Source of the DNA: Camelus dromedarius
Taxonomy: Eukaryota
DNA: 64,000 nucleotides
Direction of reading: 5' to 3'
Assembly: GCF_036321535.1 (NCBI RefSeq)
Contig: NC_087437.1
Span: 96,164,001 to 96,228,000 of the forward strand
Shown here in pieces: positions 1-11,744 of the stretch (positions are counted from its first letter, which is position 1; each line of letters starts with the position of its first letter). The notes below the pieces were generated by a model that was given only the letters and a program-made list of their open reading frames with translations, had not been told where the DNA came from and searched no databases. The position numbers were made by a program, and so were the translations under genes.

Positions 1-107
1 AATGGTCTCTGTTATGACCAAACCTGCTCAAAATCATAATTTATTTTTTTCTCATAGTAAAGCAAGCTTTCCACAATTCTGAAATGTGTTTATTGTGGCA
101 ATGTTAT

Positions 108-648
108 TGATGGGGTTCAGGACAAGCCACCCCAAAATACAGTACCTTGGCATATTGAATCTCTTAAGGTGGGAGAGTCTGAAAAAACAGCAGAAGCAGA
201 AAGGTCACCCTGACCTCCCCCACCTCATCCTTCTTCCCTGAAACAGGCCATAAAACTCCTATGTGACAGGTACCCTCCCTGTATCTAAGGAGGCAAGACA
301 TTCTTGTCACCAGATATGGGGATTTTGCGGCTGAGAAATCTGTACACACAAACCTCCTTAAACTAACCCTTATCTTCTTAGTTACTTCACCATTTACTAC
401 CCATAGCTCAAACCCCTTTGTCTTATAAAATCTTTACACATTTACTGCTTCTTTGTCTAAAAGGATAGAAAAACTTCCTGCCCCAGTCACTTCCTTGAGT
501 CTTCATTCTCTTGTGAAGGCTTCCATGTATATGTTAAAATTCAGCACACTTTGTATGCTTTTTCCCTGCTAATCTGTCTTTGTCAGTTTGGTTTTCAGAC
601 CCAGTCAGAAATAGTAAGAGGGTGGAGGAAAACTTTTTCCTCCCTTAC
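108..648 (+). mobile_element. Solo LTR, ERV1 class (MER34/MER39-like)
   Basis: Starts TGATGGGGTTCAGGACAAGCCACCCCAAAATA and ends TTTTTCCTCCCTTAC; 4-bp flanking direct repeat TTAT (104-107, 649-652). Confidence 0.75.
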
Positions 649-708
649 TTATTAACCCAGTATTCTTTCTGAATGACATTAGCCTGTTAAACATCCTAAA
701 GCACTTAC

Positions 709-909
709 ATAATTCACCTGTAAACTGTCCTTGACTATTTGAACCCATATATCCTATGTCAAGAAGGTCGCTGGCATTGCGCTGGTGGCTTCCCCTCAAG
801 GGCTCGGCTTTCCTGGGGCCAGTGGATCCCTTAGAAGAAGCCGTTCCTGATGAGCTGTGACCCCCTGGAGATGGGAAACTGGGCTTGCTGTAGGGCACCA
901 AGGTCTCCT
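709..909 (-). CDS. ROBO2: ROBO2 penultimate coding exon (201 nt): EETLVPYSKPSFPSPGG...GYMGSNSQGQFTGEL; the stop codon is completed by an exon outside the window
   Basis: Acceptor ttctcag|AG, donor TAT|gtaagt; a second donor CAG|gtgaat ends the exon at 718; ORF 605..1090. Confidence 0.97.
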
Positions 910-1967
910 CTGAGAAAAGAAACACAAAGGGCTGAGTTGAACAGCAACAGGGAAGCAAAACAAACTTAACTCTAAATCTGAATATTAAGCTCAAGGCGGG
1001 CAATTTTATTATCTCACTCTTTAGTAAAATTAAAAATAAGATGCTTAATAAGGCCTGGATATTAAAGGAATTTCCATGTGCAAGCAACATTTCCTACGAG
1101 AGGAACTGAAGCATGATTAAATTAAAAGAGATCTTGGGACGAGTATATGATACTATATATCCTATGCAAGATTTAAATTCATTATAAAAGAGATCTGCAT
1201 ACAATGAATCAACCCTGTTGTTTAACAAAAGCACTTTTGAGAATAATTTCTGGAGTTCAATGAGGCTGCAATTTAATTTTTCCATTAAGATGGAAAGAAA
1301 ATGGTTTTTTGTTTAAATTATGGCAACATTTTCTCAATCAGTGTAAAGAACTATATATTAGTTAATAATATAAGCTTCTTAAATTTCTATTGTTTCTTGG
1401 AATAGAAATATATTATTTGAAAGGCTGTGTATTTCCTTAAAAGAAAAACTCACTCATTTTTATAGTGTCAATATTCTTTTTATGAACCATCTCTCTACAA
1501 ACAATTCACGATGTGCATTACTTAATACTTGGAATTAATTTTTTTCTTTCTTTCTTTTTGTTTTTGCTTGCTTTTTCTTTCCTTCTTTCTTTTTTCCCTT
1601 CTCTCCCTCTCCACACTATTCTGCTTTTTTTTTTTTCTAGGTACAGGTTATTATTACTGTGATTAGATGACTGAAAAAATGCTAACTGAATTTAGTATTT
1701 CTCTTCTTAGATAGTCTTTAAGGACAAAAATCTCATGATTTTTCTCTTGCAGCCTTAATGATGTAAGCTTCCTAAATGTTTCACTATATCTGGATACTAA
1801 TATTATCATCTTTCAGCCCTTTCCTAGTAATATTTTCTAAAACCTTAATAAACAAGTTGTGATGAAATATAATTATTGAGAATGCATGAGTAGAGGACAT
1901 ATCTGAAAAGACTGAGCCCAAGTGAATAAATAATGGGTAAGAAAACTCTTCCAATGTTCTTTTTTTA

Positions 1968-1975
1968 TGTGTGTA

Positions 1976-2016
<41 letters not shown>

Positions 2017-2021
2017 GTATG
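1968..2021. repeat. (GT)n microsatellite
   Basis: Perfect TG run 1980-2006 with degenerate flanks. Confidence 0.97.
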
Positions 2022-2722
2022 TTTTAATATGCAGTGAATCCTAACATAAGAAGAGATGTTCCAGAAAATACATTCCTATAACCAGCTCAACATCCCCCCT
2101 ACAAAAAAATCCAACCACAAGCCATGAAATTGATTTTGTGACGTTTCCAGAAAGCTTGATTTATAAACAAAAACATTTCCCATTGAAGTGTTAACAATCA
2201 ACTAAATTTAACCAGTTGGAGCAAGTGCAGGCCCAGTTTAACCTTTTTTAACGTGAGCATTCTGTGATTGCGTACTTACTTGAAATTTTATTCCCGTTAA
2301 TTTAGCCATTTGACTGAAGTGAGTTCTCTCAAAATGACTAGTTACTTCAGTCAACAATGACTAAATTGGTTGAAGGCAGAGATTCAACTGATACTAAAGA
2401 TGCAATTTAATGGTCTTAAAAGTACTCAGTATAAACATTAAAAGGCAAAAAAGAAAAATCAAATGGCCTCCTGAGCACCACAGATGAAGCCTGGAGGTCT
2501 CCTGGGCTCAAAGACCCCATGCAGAGGTTAGCTCGAGGGACAGCCCCCACTGGATTCTGCCTTAAGGGATGTGCCGGGAGCTCTGAGGCGGAATTCTGAC
2601 TTCAATGAGTCATTCCAGGCAGATGCATTTCAGGCGCCCTTAAGCAAGCGGCACTTCTAAAATACCTGGTAGAAAAAAAAATGGTAAAAGTCCACACATT
2701 CTTGGGACTGTGCAGAACACAC

Positions 2723-2995
2723 CTGGTCCAACACCTTGTTTGTGGAGGGCTTTCCGTGTGTCTTCCTGGCGTTCTGTGCAGTTTATCCATTCCTGGGTTT
2801 GTCGCTGCCACTCTAGGGACGTTTTAGCTGGACAATCCAGTGAGCTCTTTGTGTCTTCTAAGTTGGATGCTTGTTGTCTCTCCAGAGAGCTTCCTTTTCT
2901 CTCTGTTGAGTTTTCCACGTTACCAGCATGCTGGCTCGGGCCTATTTGCTGCCTTAAACCCTGACCTGGAGGGGGATCTGGTGGTGGTGGAAGAT
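2723..2995 (-). CDS. ROBO2: ROBO2 alternative cassette exon (273 nt) beginning with CC3-like DLPPPPDPPP and ending HKQGVGP
   Basis: Acceptor tttttag|AT, donor CAG|gtgtgt; 91 codons, phase 1 to 1; overlaps ORF 2640..2918; resembles the long rodent Robo2 C-terminal insert as I recall it. Confidence 0.92.
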
Positions 2996-5254
2996 CTAAA
3001 AATTTTGAATAATGTTTAGAATGGACTAAGATGTAACGAAAAATACAGGTTTTAATTCAAGATGAAGAAAAACTCTTGCCCTCCTAAAGGTATCACCCAT
3101 GCAAAATAAATTTGGGCGGGAGGTGGGGAAGGTCAGTTATTTATATCCACAATGCACATCACTGATCTCTTTGCTATCCTTTGATCACAGTGTCTTTGAA
3201 ATAAAATCTACTGGTTTTATCCAACTCTTATGCATGGAAAGTGTTTTCAATTGCACATTGAAGCTAATGTTCCAGGTGTGAAGGGAAGTTCATGGTTTCT
3301 CCATCTTTAATCCATTGTCCACTGCCACCTTGCCAAAGTAGAAATACCATGACACAAAATGACTCAAAATTCTAGCCGCTGTGTTAATAAAAGGCCCTGA
3401 GAGGATGAAAGCTGCCCTGCCAATCTCCATAGGAAATGTTGCCCTCGGGAAATTAAGAATCGTATGCCGTATCATATGCCGCAGCATGCGACTGCCCTTG
3501 CCCAAGTATGTGGCACATTTAGCAATAGTCAAAGGGTTGAGCTAACATTTATTAAATGCAATTAACATTCTGCCTGACAACCAATTCTGGCTGTTCGTTT
3601 CATGAGTTAGCTAATGAGTTACAACTAATATATTATAATCTTCCAGTGTATTAATTTTAATAAGCAATAACCAACGTTCACAGTTTAGATAGAATATGCT
3701 TCATGGTGCTGGAGTAGACAATGCATCATGAACATTCAAGATGCAGTGGGATAGATAATTTTTCATAAAAGCTCTTTACATTATGTATCAGGTATGAAAA
3801 AATTAAAAGTTCCAATACTCAGCCAATTTCTCATTTTCCTTCTATTAGCTCTTCAGAACATGACCCTTTTACATTTTGAATGTCTTCAATTGTGAAATCA
3901 CAGTCCCTTCTTTCATATTTCCTTAAGTATTATACTAGTTCTGTTGTACAATTTATACTATTACACTAGTCCTGAAATTACTTTGTTGATTTTGAAATTT
4001 TCTAAACATTCTAACATTCTTTTGGATTATTTTCTTCTCATTTTTTTTTTTTTGGCATGCTCTTGATCCTTAAAGTATCAGCAATTACATTATTTGCTCA
4101 CAAAGATCAAATATCATGTATAATATACTTATTTTTATCACTAAGACAGAATACTATATACAACATAGGTAATTATTTCCCATACCAGCTTAGTAATGGC
4201 ACATTTGTTTCTCATAATATTGTTTGTGAAATTTAAAAGGGAAAAGCATAAATTCTTGTGTACAAAAGATAGTTTCTGTAAGGAATGCTAAGTAGCTCCT
4301 TTTAAAGACTTTCTTAAGAAGCTTCGTACTCTCTTTTATGAGCAAATTGACATGGTCCTCTACTGAACTGACAATGAAAACCTCCTGAGCATCTGCTCAG
4401 CATTTCCCAGCATTCCCAGTTCTCATGTATGTCCTCTTGTTAGATTATAAATTACTAATCACTGAAGGGAACAAGATCTCTATCTGGGAGAATAAAGTTG
4501 CAACTGAAACACTTCTCCCAAAATGAAAAGCTAATCCAATATTGAGAGATCTGTTGGTTGAATAATCCACCAATGAGTTTGGTGTTTCCTTTATATTCAA
4601 TACTGACTTCCTTCAGTATGTATTATTATAAATGCAAATTAATTATTTCATTTGAGTTATTGGACTTAAGACTGCCAGGAGGGAAAAATGATTATATTTG
4701 CTTCCAAAACAACATATCTTGTCATTGATTTTTATTCTCCATCAGAGCAGCTTAATTTTTAAAATGGCCCAAATGGCATCTGCTTATGCTAGCTAAAATT
4801 CTGATGACTATTTAATTTAACCTGAAATTATATGGCTACATAATTAAGTAATATCCTTGGAGTTTGTATATTCTAAGAAGAAAGAACATTGCACGCACGT
4901 TGAAATAAACAAATCGGAAAAAAAGATGAGATTAAGAATGGCTGTGGAAAAAAATAAAAGTATGTAATCAAATATGTTTACTTAAATTAAATTTATTATT
5001 CATTTCTCTGTTGATTCATTTCAACTAAATCAATTCGCTAAAGAGTCTCTTACTGGCCTACTGAGGATTTGCTTTTGTCAGGCACACAACAGTCCAATGA
5101 TATATATGCCATTATTATGCCCTTTTTTTAGATAGGAAAAAGAAGGCACAAAGAAATCAAGTATCTCCAGCCTGGATCTCTGCTTCCGTGAACTCCAGAC
5201 TCAGCTAACTAAATTCATACTGGAGAGTTCAGCTTTGATGTCTAGAAAGCAACT

Positions 5255-6145
5255 GAAAGTTCACACATCAGAACCGAGCTCTAGACCTTCCTCAACCAAA
5301 TATGCTTCCTCTCTGGTGTTCCTCATCTCAATTACTACAAGTTGGCCAGAACTTGGGAGTAATCTTTGGCTTCCTTGCTTTAGAGCCTTTATTAATGTCA
5401 CTAACAAATCATGTGGGCTCTGCCTTCAAACTATGCCCAGAATTCAACCGTTCTCATTGCTTCCACTGATTCTCTAGTGCCTATGCCTGATATTACTCCT
5501 ACAATTTCCTGTGTGGTTTCCATAATTCCACAGAGAAGCACAGTCTATCTCAGCATGACAGCTAGAATGACTTCTTTTTTATAAAAAACATAAGGAAAAT
5601 CCTGTTGTTCCTCTGCCCTAAACATGTGCACACACACACACAGGCAGGCACACACCTTCAGTGGTTTCCCATTCACAGTAAAGAGCCATGTCCTTGCAGA
5701 AGCTTAAAGGTCCTACAGAACACTGGCCCTCACCGCCTCACCTGACTTCATATTGTTTTTGTTGTTCCCTCTGCTTCAGTCACACTCCTCTTCCTTTCAA
5801 TAAAACATTTCAGGACTCCACTCACTGTTCTCATTTCCTGGAATGACTTTTCCTCAGATAGCAGCATTGTTCTTTCCCTTGTAACTTTCCAGTTTTTTCT
5901 CAGATGTCATCTTGGTAAGCCTTTCCTGAACACTCTACTTTAAAAATATCTCCTCTCACATTTGTACCTCTCAACTTCCTCTCTATGATTTTTTCCCTCT
6001 ATTTTTTCCCACTTATCTTCATCATACTTATTTTTATTTTTCACTTATAAACTTCTCTTTCTGGAGTTTAAGCTCCAGTTTTGTCTGTATGGTTCCCATG
6101 GCCTATAATTTGGTATGTGCTTAATAAATATTTGAATGAATAGAT
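5255..6145 (+). mobile_element. L2 LINE 3' fragment, degraded
   Basis: Pyrimidine-rich L2-like body ending in the typical L2 tail GCTTAATAAATATTTGAATGAAT; boundaries approximate. Confidence 0.65.
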
Positions 6146-6469
6146 TCATAAATAAAGAAATTTGCTCAAAGTCAAAGGTGGATTGTGGCAGATCTGGGCA
6201 AGCACTACTTCTCAGATCAGACAGTAGGAATGAGGGGAGAACAGGCTGGAAGGAGATGACCCAGGGAAAAAAGGTTGACAGATAGAGAACTACTTTAGCT
6301 GCCTCCTTTGTTCAGTACTGGTCGATGTATTGGCTTTCAAGCATACCCTCAGGCTTTACACAAAAAAAAATAGACAGTTTGGACTGAACAAGGCCTGCTT
6401 AGATGAAGCTTTATTCAAGGGAGAAGAACACTTCTTAATATGTGTGTGGGTGTTTGCGTGATCTTTGAG

Positions 6470-6863
6470 ACAGAGACCGACATTTCCCACCATTACCAGT
6501 TCCTCTTTTTGGACACCAGGAAAGATTACTTTCCCATTCCAGTAGTTAGTCTGAAGCCATGTGACTGAGTTCTTGCCAATGAAACAGAAGTGACAGGTGC
6601 CACTTATAGGCCAGGCCACAGAGCTTCCAAATAATCACCTATGTTCTTTCTTTCTCTCGCTCAGAAACTAAAAAAGGTTCCATGTTGAAAATAATGGTGT
6701 CCAATATTTAAGAAGCATACATTTTTATACTACCACTTAGAGGACAGCCCCCTGACCTTTATAAATCATTGTGTCCTTGAGGAACAGACTCTGACTGTGC
6801 TAAGCCACTGAGGGATAGAAGCTGTTTGGTATAGCAGCTAACAATAATTACCCTGATTAATAC
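6470..6863 (+). mobile_element. MaLR LTR (MLT1I/J-like)
   Basis: GCCATGTGACTGAGTTCTTGCCAATG motif and 3' end GTGCTAAGCCACTGAG...CCCTGATTAATACA. Confidence 0.7.
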
Positions 6864-7988
6864 ACTCATGAAATACAACTGTAAAATCTATAATGCAAAA
6901 CTTTTAGTGTGAAATGTCTATTCATTAAGTGCGACTAGACAGCAACCTTCCCTAAAAGAAGAGTTTGATTTTACATATAAATACTATAAATTTATTACTG
7001 ATGCATAGATTCATACCATATCAATGCTATGACACATACATTTGCTGTGAAATAGCAATATTCTTCAGGATAATCCATAGAATGCATCCAAAATAAATAT
7101 CCTTGTATCATAACTAAAATATCTTTGGGTTAAACACTTGGGAAGACTTGTGAGCCAAAATTTCCTCTGCAAGATCACTACTTCCAAAATGTATCTACAT
7201 AATAACATATAATAACGCATAATCCTTTAATAACATATAATCCCTAACCTTTTTTGGAATGCTGGTAAATCTGAAATGCTAGGAACCTGTTTGCATTTTA
7301 GAAAGATAAGTAATAATATTGGTCATGCTTTCAACTAGGAGGTAGCCTGCTTTAACCAGACATTCTGAAAAATTTTTCAAGGGAAGTTTTAGGAAGAAAG
7401 AAAAGGACTCTCTATCTTGTTGATTTATATTTTATAGCTTTCACATATTCTGGATATCATCTTCAAACATTTCAGAAAAGCCACAAAAAAACATATGGTA
7501 CCTGGATTTTTCCCCCCTCTTTCCTTGACATTCATAGTAGGAAAATTACACAAAAGTACTAATGCTGAGATTTGTAACTAGCATATCAGCGAGAGTAGTC
7601 TTTTTTATTTACAGGGAACGAGATCAACACTATAGACAACTAATGTTCAGATCATCTGAGGCAGAAAGGCAGTGGTAAGCATTTTTGCTCACCACAGGAC
7701 ATCCACTTAAAAAGAATCAAAATCTTGATTGTACCCTTACCCTCCTACTCCATAGAAACCCTTCTCAATGAAAACAAAGTAAGCAGAAAAGATAAAGTGA
7801 ACCTGAAGGCTCTTGGACCAAGTTATTTTTGACTTTAACAGTCTTCTTAGTATTATAAAATGACCAGTCTTCCAGATAAAGACCTACTCCCAAACCAGTA
7901 AAGAACATACACTTCTTTTCCCACTAAGCCTCATTCCATCCTACAATGGTAAGTCTCAGGGACTGAGATGAGTGCTGAGGAGAGGTCG

Positions 7989-8140
7989 TAGCTTCTCAAA
8001 GTTGACTGCACATTCAACTCACCCGTGGAGCTTTAAAAATACCCATGACTGGTTTTCACCCAAGAACAATTAAATCAGAACCTCCAGGGTGTATTTTAAG
8101 AGCCCCTCAGATAGTCTCAGTGTACAGTTTGGCTAGATTC
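7989..8140. mobile_element. MER5-like hAT-Charlie MITE
   Basis: GCTTCTCAAAGTTGACTGCAC...GGAGCTTTAAAAATAC...AATTAAATCAGAA motifs. Confidence 0.55.
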
Positions 8141-8466
8141 AACCCTTTGGTGTTTAGTAGTACTATCTCAGGAAAAAAGCTTTTGGCTTGTAGGAGGTGG
8201 TGCAGAGAAGGGGGAAGAAGTTTACGTTTGGGTCCCACATGAAAGTGGGCTCTTTAAATCCATTATCATACCTATTCCTTAAGATAGAACTTTAGGATAA
8301 ATACTTTTATTTGCGTATTTACACGTGAGGATTAAGTTTAACACAGAGCTGATGCACTACTCATTATTGAACAAGGACATCTTCCGATAATATTGTGTTT
8401 CCTGAAACTAGCAGTGATTAAGCAAACAGTCAAAGATTGGAGGCTACACTTAAATAAAAGGATGGA

Positions 8467-8690
8467 CACAAATCAGCAGGCTGTGGCCCATGGGCCAAAT
8501 TAGGCCACTGCATTTTTTTCCATAAAGTTTTACTGGAAATAAGTCACACCCGTTCATTTACTTTTTTCTATTGCTGCACTATAGGAAAAAAAATGGTAGC
8601 GTTGCTTAGTCTTGACAGAGACTGCATGGTTCACTGAAGCCAAAAATATTTACTATCTGGATTTTTCAGAAAAAGTTTACTGACCCATCC
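8467..8690 (+). mobile_element. MER58A-like hAT-Charlie DNA transposon
   Basis: GGCCCATGGGCCAAAT...ATAAAGTTTTACTGGAA...AAAATATTTACTATCTGG...AGAAAAAGTTTACTGACCC follows the MER58A consensus as recalled. Confidence 0.8.
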
Positions 8691-9172
8691 ACCAAATGAT
8701 CTGTAGCATATTTTTAGCCCTGGAATTCACGACACTAAATAATTACTATATTGGAAATCACTTCACAGTCTTTTCCACGTGTGAAATGCCATCTAAGATA
8801 TTTTCATTTAATTTCAAAAGTGATCCAACAACATGGCAAGTGCACAGGCTACTTATGTCTTCTTCCTTAATCTTAAAAGGGAATGCTCATTAAAAAGCAC
8901 TCATGGAAAATGCCAGAATGGCGGAAAAATCAACATTGCAAAACGGTATGGCATATATTTATTTTTTGGGGCTGGGTAATGTAGAAGTAACTCCAGACTG
9001 TTTAAAAAAAAAGGGGAGGGCGTTTTACTTAAATAAGACCACATTGCCAGGTGTGCAGTCCGGTTACGTGACGAGGCAATACCTACTCTACCAGAGCTCC
9101 TCCATCTACATCAGTGATCGCACAGAGCTCGTCTCTCCCGTGAGGAGACAAGAGAGAAGGAAACCAACCTAC

Positions 9173-9346
9173 CATCTGGCAGTCCTTCCCTTCGATGAGG
9201 CAATGCTGGTTGTGGGTCCACTCGGCCTCCCTTGTGTTTTTTAGTGGGCCGAGGCCTCTGACTCTGACTCAGGGCTGCACTGGTGTTACTGTCAGTGGAA
9301 AATGGGCTGGTTGGCCGAGGCCTCTGAGAGGAGGTAAAGGCTTTGC
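9173..9346 (-). CDS. ROBO2: ROBO2 exon (174 nt): GKAFTSSQRPRPTSPFSTDSNTSAALSQSQRPRPTKKHKGGRVDPQPALPHRREGLPD
   Basis: Translated by hand; acceptor cttttag|GC, donor ATG|gtaggt; phase 1 to 1. Confidence 0.97.
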
Positions 9347-11561
9347 CTAAAAGGGAAACAAAGGGAACGGGGTACAGAGACTGTTATTATAAGACATTGA
9401 TTCTGTCTTGTATTTCTGCTCTTGCTAAGACTAACCTCTAAACCTGCCTAGAGATGCCATTTGAAGATACCAAATACCAGTGCATCTCCATAGAAAAAAT
9501 ATGCCCTGCTGCATTTATTTTGTCCAATTTTCATAACCAACACACCCTCCACTGAAAAAATTCAAACAAATGAATGTAAAACAAGTCCACAAACCAAAAG
9601 CTCAGTATTCCTTGATAATATTTTTATTTAATTTTGACAGTCTTAGTGCTACTTTCATAGATATATGCAAATTCATGCAGCTTTTACTTCTTAAAATTAA
9701 AGAAGCTATTTCTGAAGTGAATTATATACTGTCTTATTTGTTTAAACACGTTTCACCCTTGGAATCTTACAAACTCTCTTTGAGCACAGAAAAATGTCCT
9801 CTAGGAATTTCATTTGAAATTTTACATGAAAGGTCTGCTCAGACACGTATTTTAAATTGACTTCACCAGAAAACGCAGAAACATTAGTGTACAGTATAGG
9901 ATAGGTAGCAGGTTAAAATCACCTTGTCTATCCCAAGTGCAATAGGTGTTTTCGGATGAATAGTATTGTATCTGAGCAAACTCCAACCTCTCATTGAAAA
10001 AGGAAATATGCCATGTCCCTTTCTTGTAGTTAAGTGTACATATGCAGGTAAATTTATTCTAGGAAAAGGTTAGCTAATACATTTTCAACATCTTACGATG
10101 TTAATAACAGGTTTATTATGGTGTGAGAGGGTTGGTTTATGTGCATGTATTTATTCTCTTGTGTATGTTTTCATTTCACCACAAATTATTGTATGCAGTT
10201 ACATTTTAAGTCAATGTGACATAATACAGCTTAATGCTTTATTAGCTATTAGCATACATGCAAGAACTGTACTCTGCTTTCTAATTTATTAGTTTCCTTG
10301 CACTTTCTCGCTGCTCTGCTTATAGCTAGACCACAAAAAGGCACTCAGGCAACATAAAGTTTCTGACTTATGCCTTATAAAGCAAGAAAATTCAAATAAC
10401 CGTTACATTACAACATATTTTAGTTCAGATGCTATATGAAAAATAAACCTCTGCAATGCTTGGAAAGTCATTTTATTTTATTTGAAGATACCTAATGCAT
10501 ACTCAAAAGAAGTAGTATAATGGTATAATGATGGTATAATTCAAAGAAAATTTCCATGACTCACTTTTATAACCTGAGAGTTTAGTGAGGGGTCACAATG
10601 ATTTTTCTTTACTTTACTATTTGAATACTATTAAGATTTCAAAAATGCATTGAGCATTTCACTAGTTTGTTTCATAAGGTAGGTCAGTTTAATTCCAATA
10701 TCCATCAGAACTTTCTGATATGTGCATTTAAGAAGTATACCTAGTTGTGTTACAGCATGTATCATGCCAGTTATTTAGTTTCAGTCAAACAAATAATCAC
10801 AAAATTATTGATCTATTAATAGAGTGAATCCCAAATTTACTTTTGAGATAACGATCAGAAACTGGAAAATTGCATAATTGGTCTTTTATATTATTATTTA
10901 TTATTCTCATAAACCAAAATTAGATTGTGCTACAGAGCAATGCATGAGTAGTCATCATGTTACTCAACTTGCAAATGCAGTGGGTGTATTTTTAATTAGC
11001 ATCCTTTAAAACAGACAATAAATTATTGGATTAAAATCTTAACAGCCAAACAACTAATAAGACCATCAGCCATTTGAACAGTTAGACTGACAGCCTCAGA
11101 CCCATTCACTCCATGCTGAGAAAGCCTTCCCAGAAAATGCATTTGCAGAAAGAAATGGGGCAAAGGAAAGTAATGGAGATAAAAGCTGAATAATTTTAAT
11201 CACTGGGTAACTTATTGATTGTGTGAGAATTTTGCAAAGCATGAGTTATTGAAAATTTAATGGCCATCTTAGTTGCAGCTTAGCTGTAACGTAAGAAGGA
11301 AGCATATTCCAATTAATCAGCAGAGCCGTGAAGGGAAAGAGGAATAAAGACTAGAGGGTGGTGAGTAGGAGCCTGTTTCTGGCTCTGCAAAGGGAGCATC
11401 AGAAGAGAGTTCTGGTAACTGAGCATCCAAACTATGTTCATGCATATTAAAGAAAGCCCTGCAGTCAGACTCGCTGAGGAAAAAGAACAGGAGATAAATA
11501 GCTCAGTGTCCAAAGGCCAAGATTCTCTCATGCAAAGAGTGTCGACTCAAAGTCTACCAAC

Positions 11562-11744
11562 CTGTTCTTGTAAGGCTGGTTCCCTCCAGCCTAAAACCAG
11601 CTTTATCTGCTGCTGCCACCAGTGCTTGTGCAAAACTGCCGCTGGCAAAGATGGAGCCATCTGAGGAGCTACCTACACTAGATCTATGACTAGAAAAGTT
11701 ACGATCCTCGTCAGATGCAGAGCCCCATCCATTTACCATTGAAC
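11562..11744 (-). CDS. ROBO2: ROBO2 alternative cassette exon (183 nt): [61 protein letters not shown]
   Basis: Acceptor tttttag|GT, donor CAG|gttggt; 61 codons, phase 1 to 1; homologous to the ROBO1 GSMINGWGSASEED...FAQAVAAAA segment. Confidence 0.92.
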
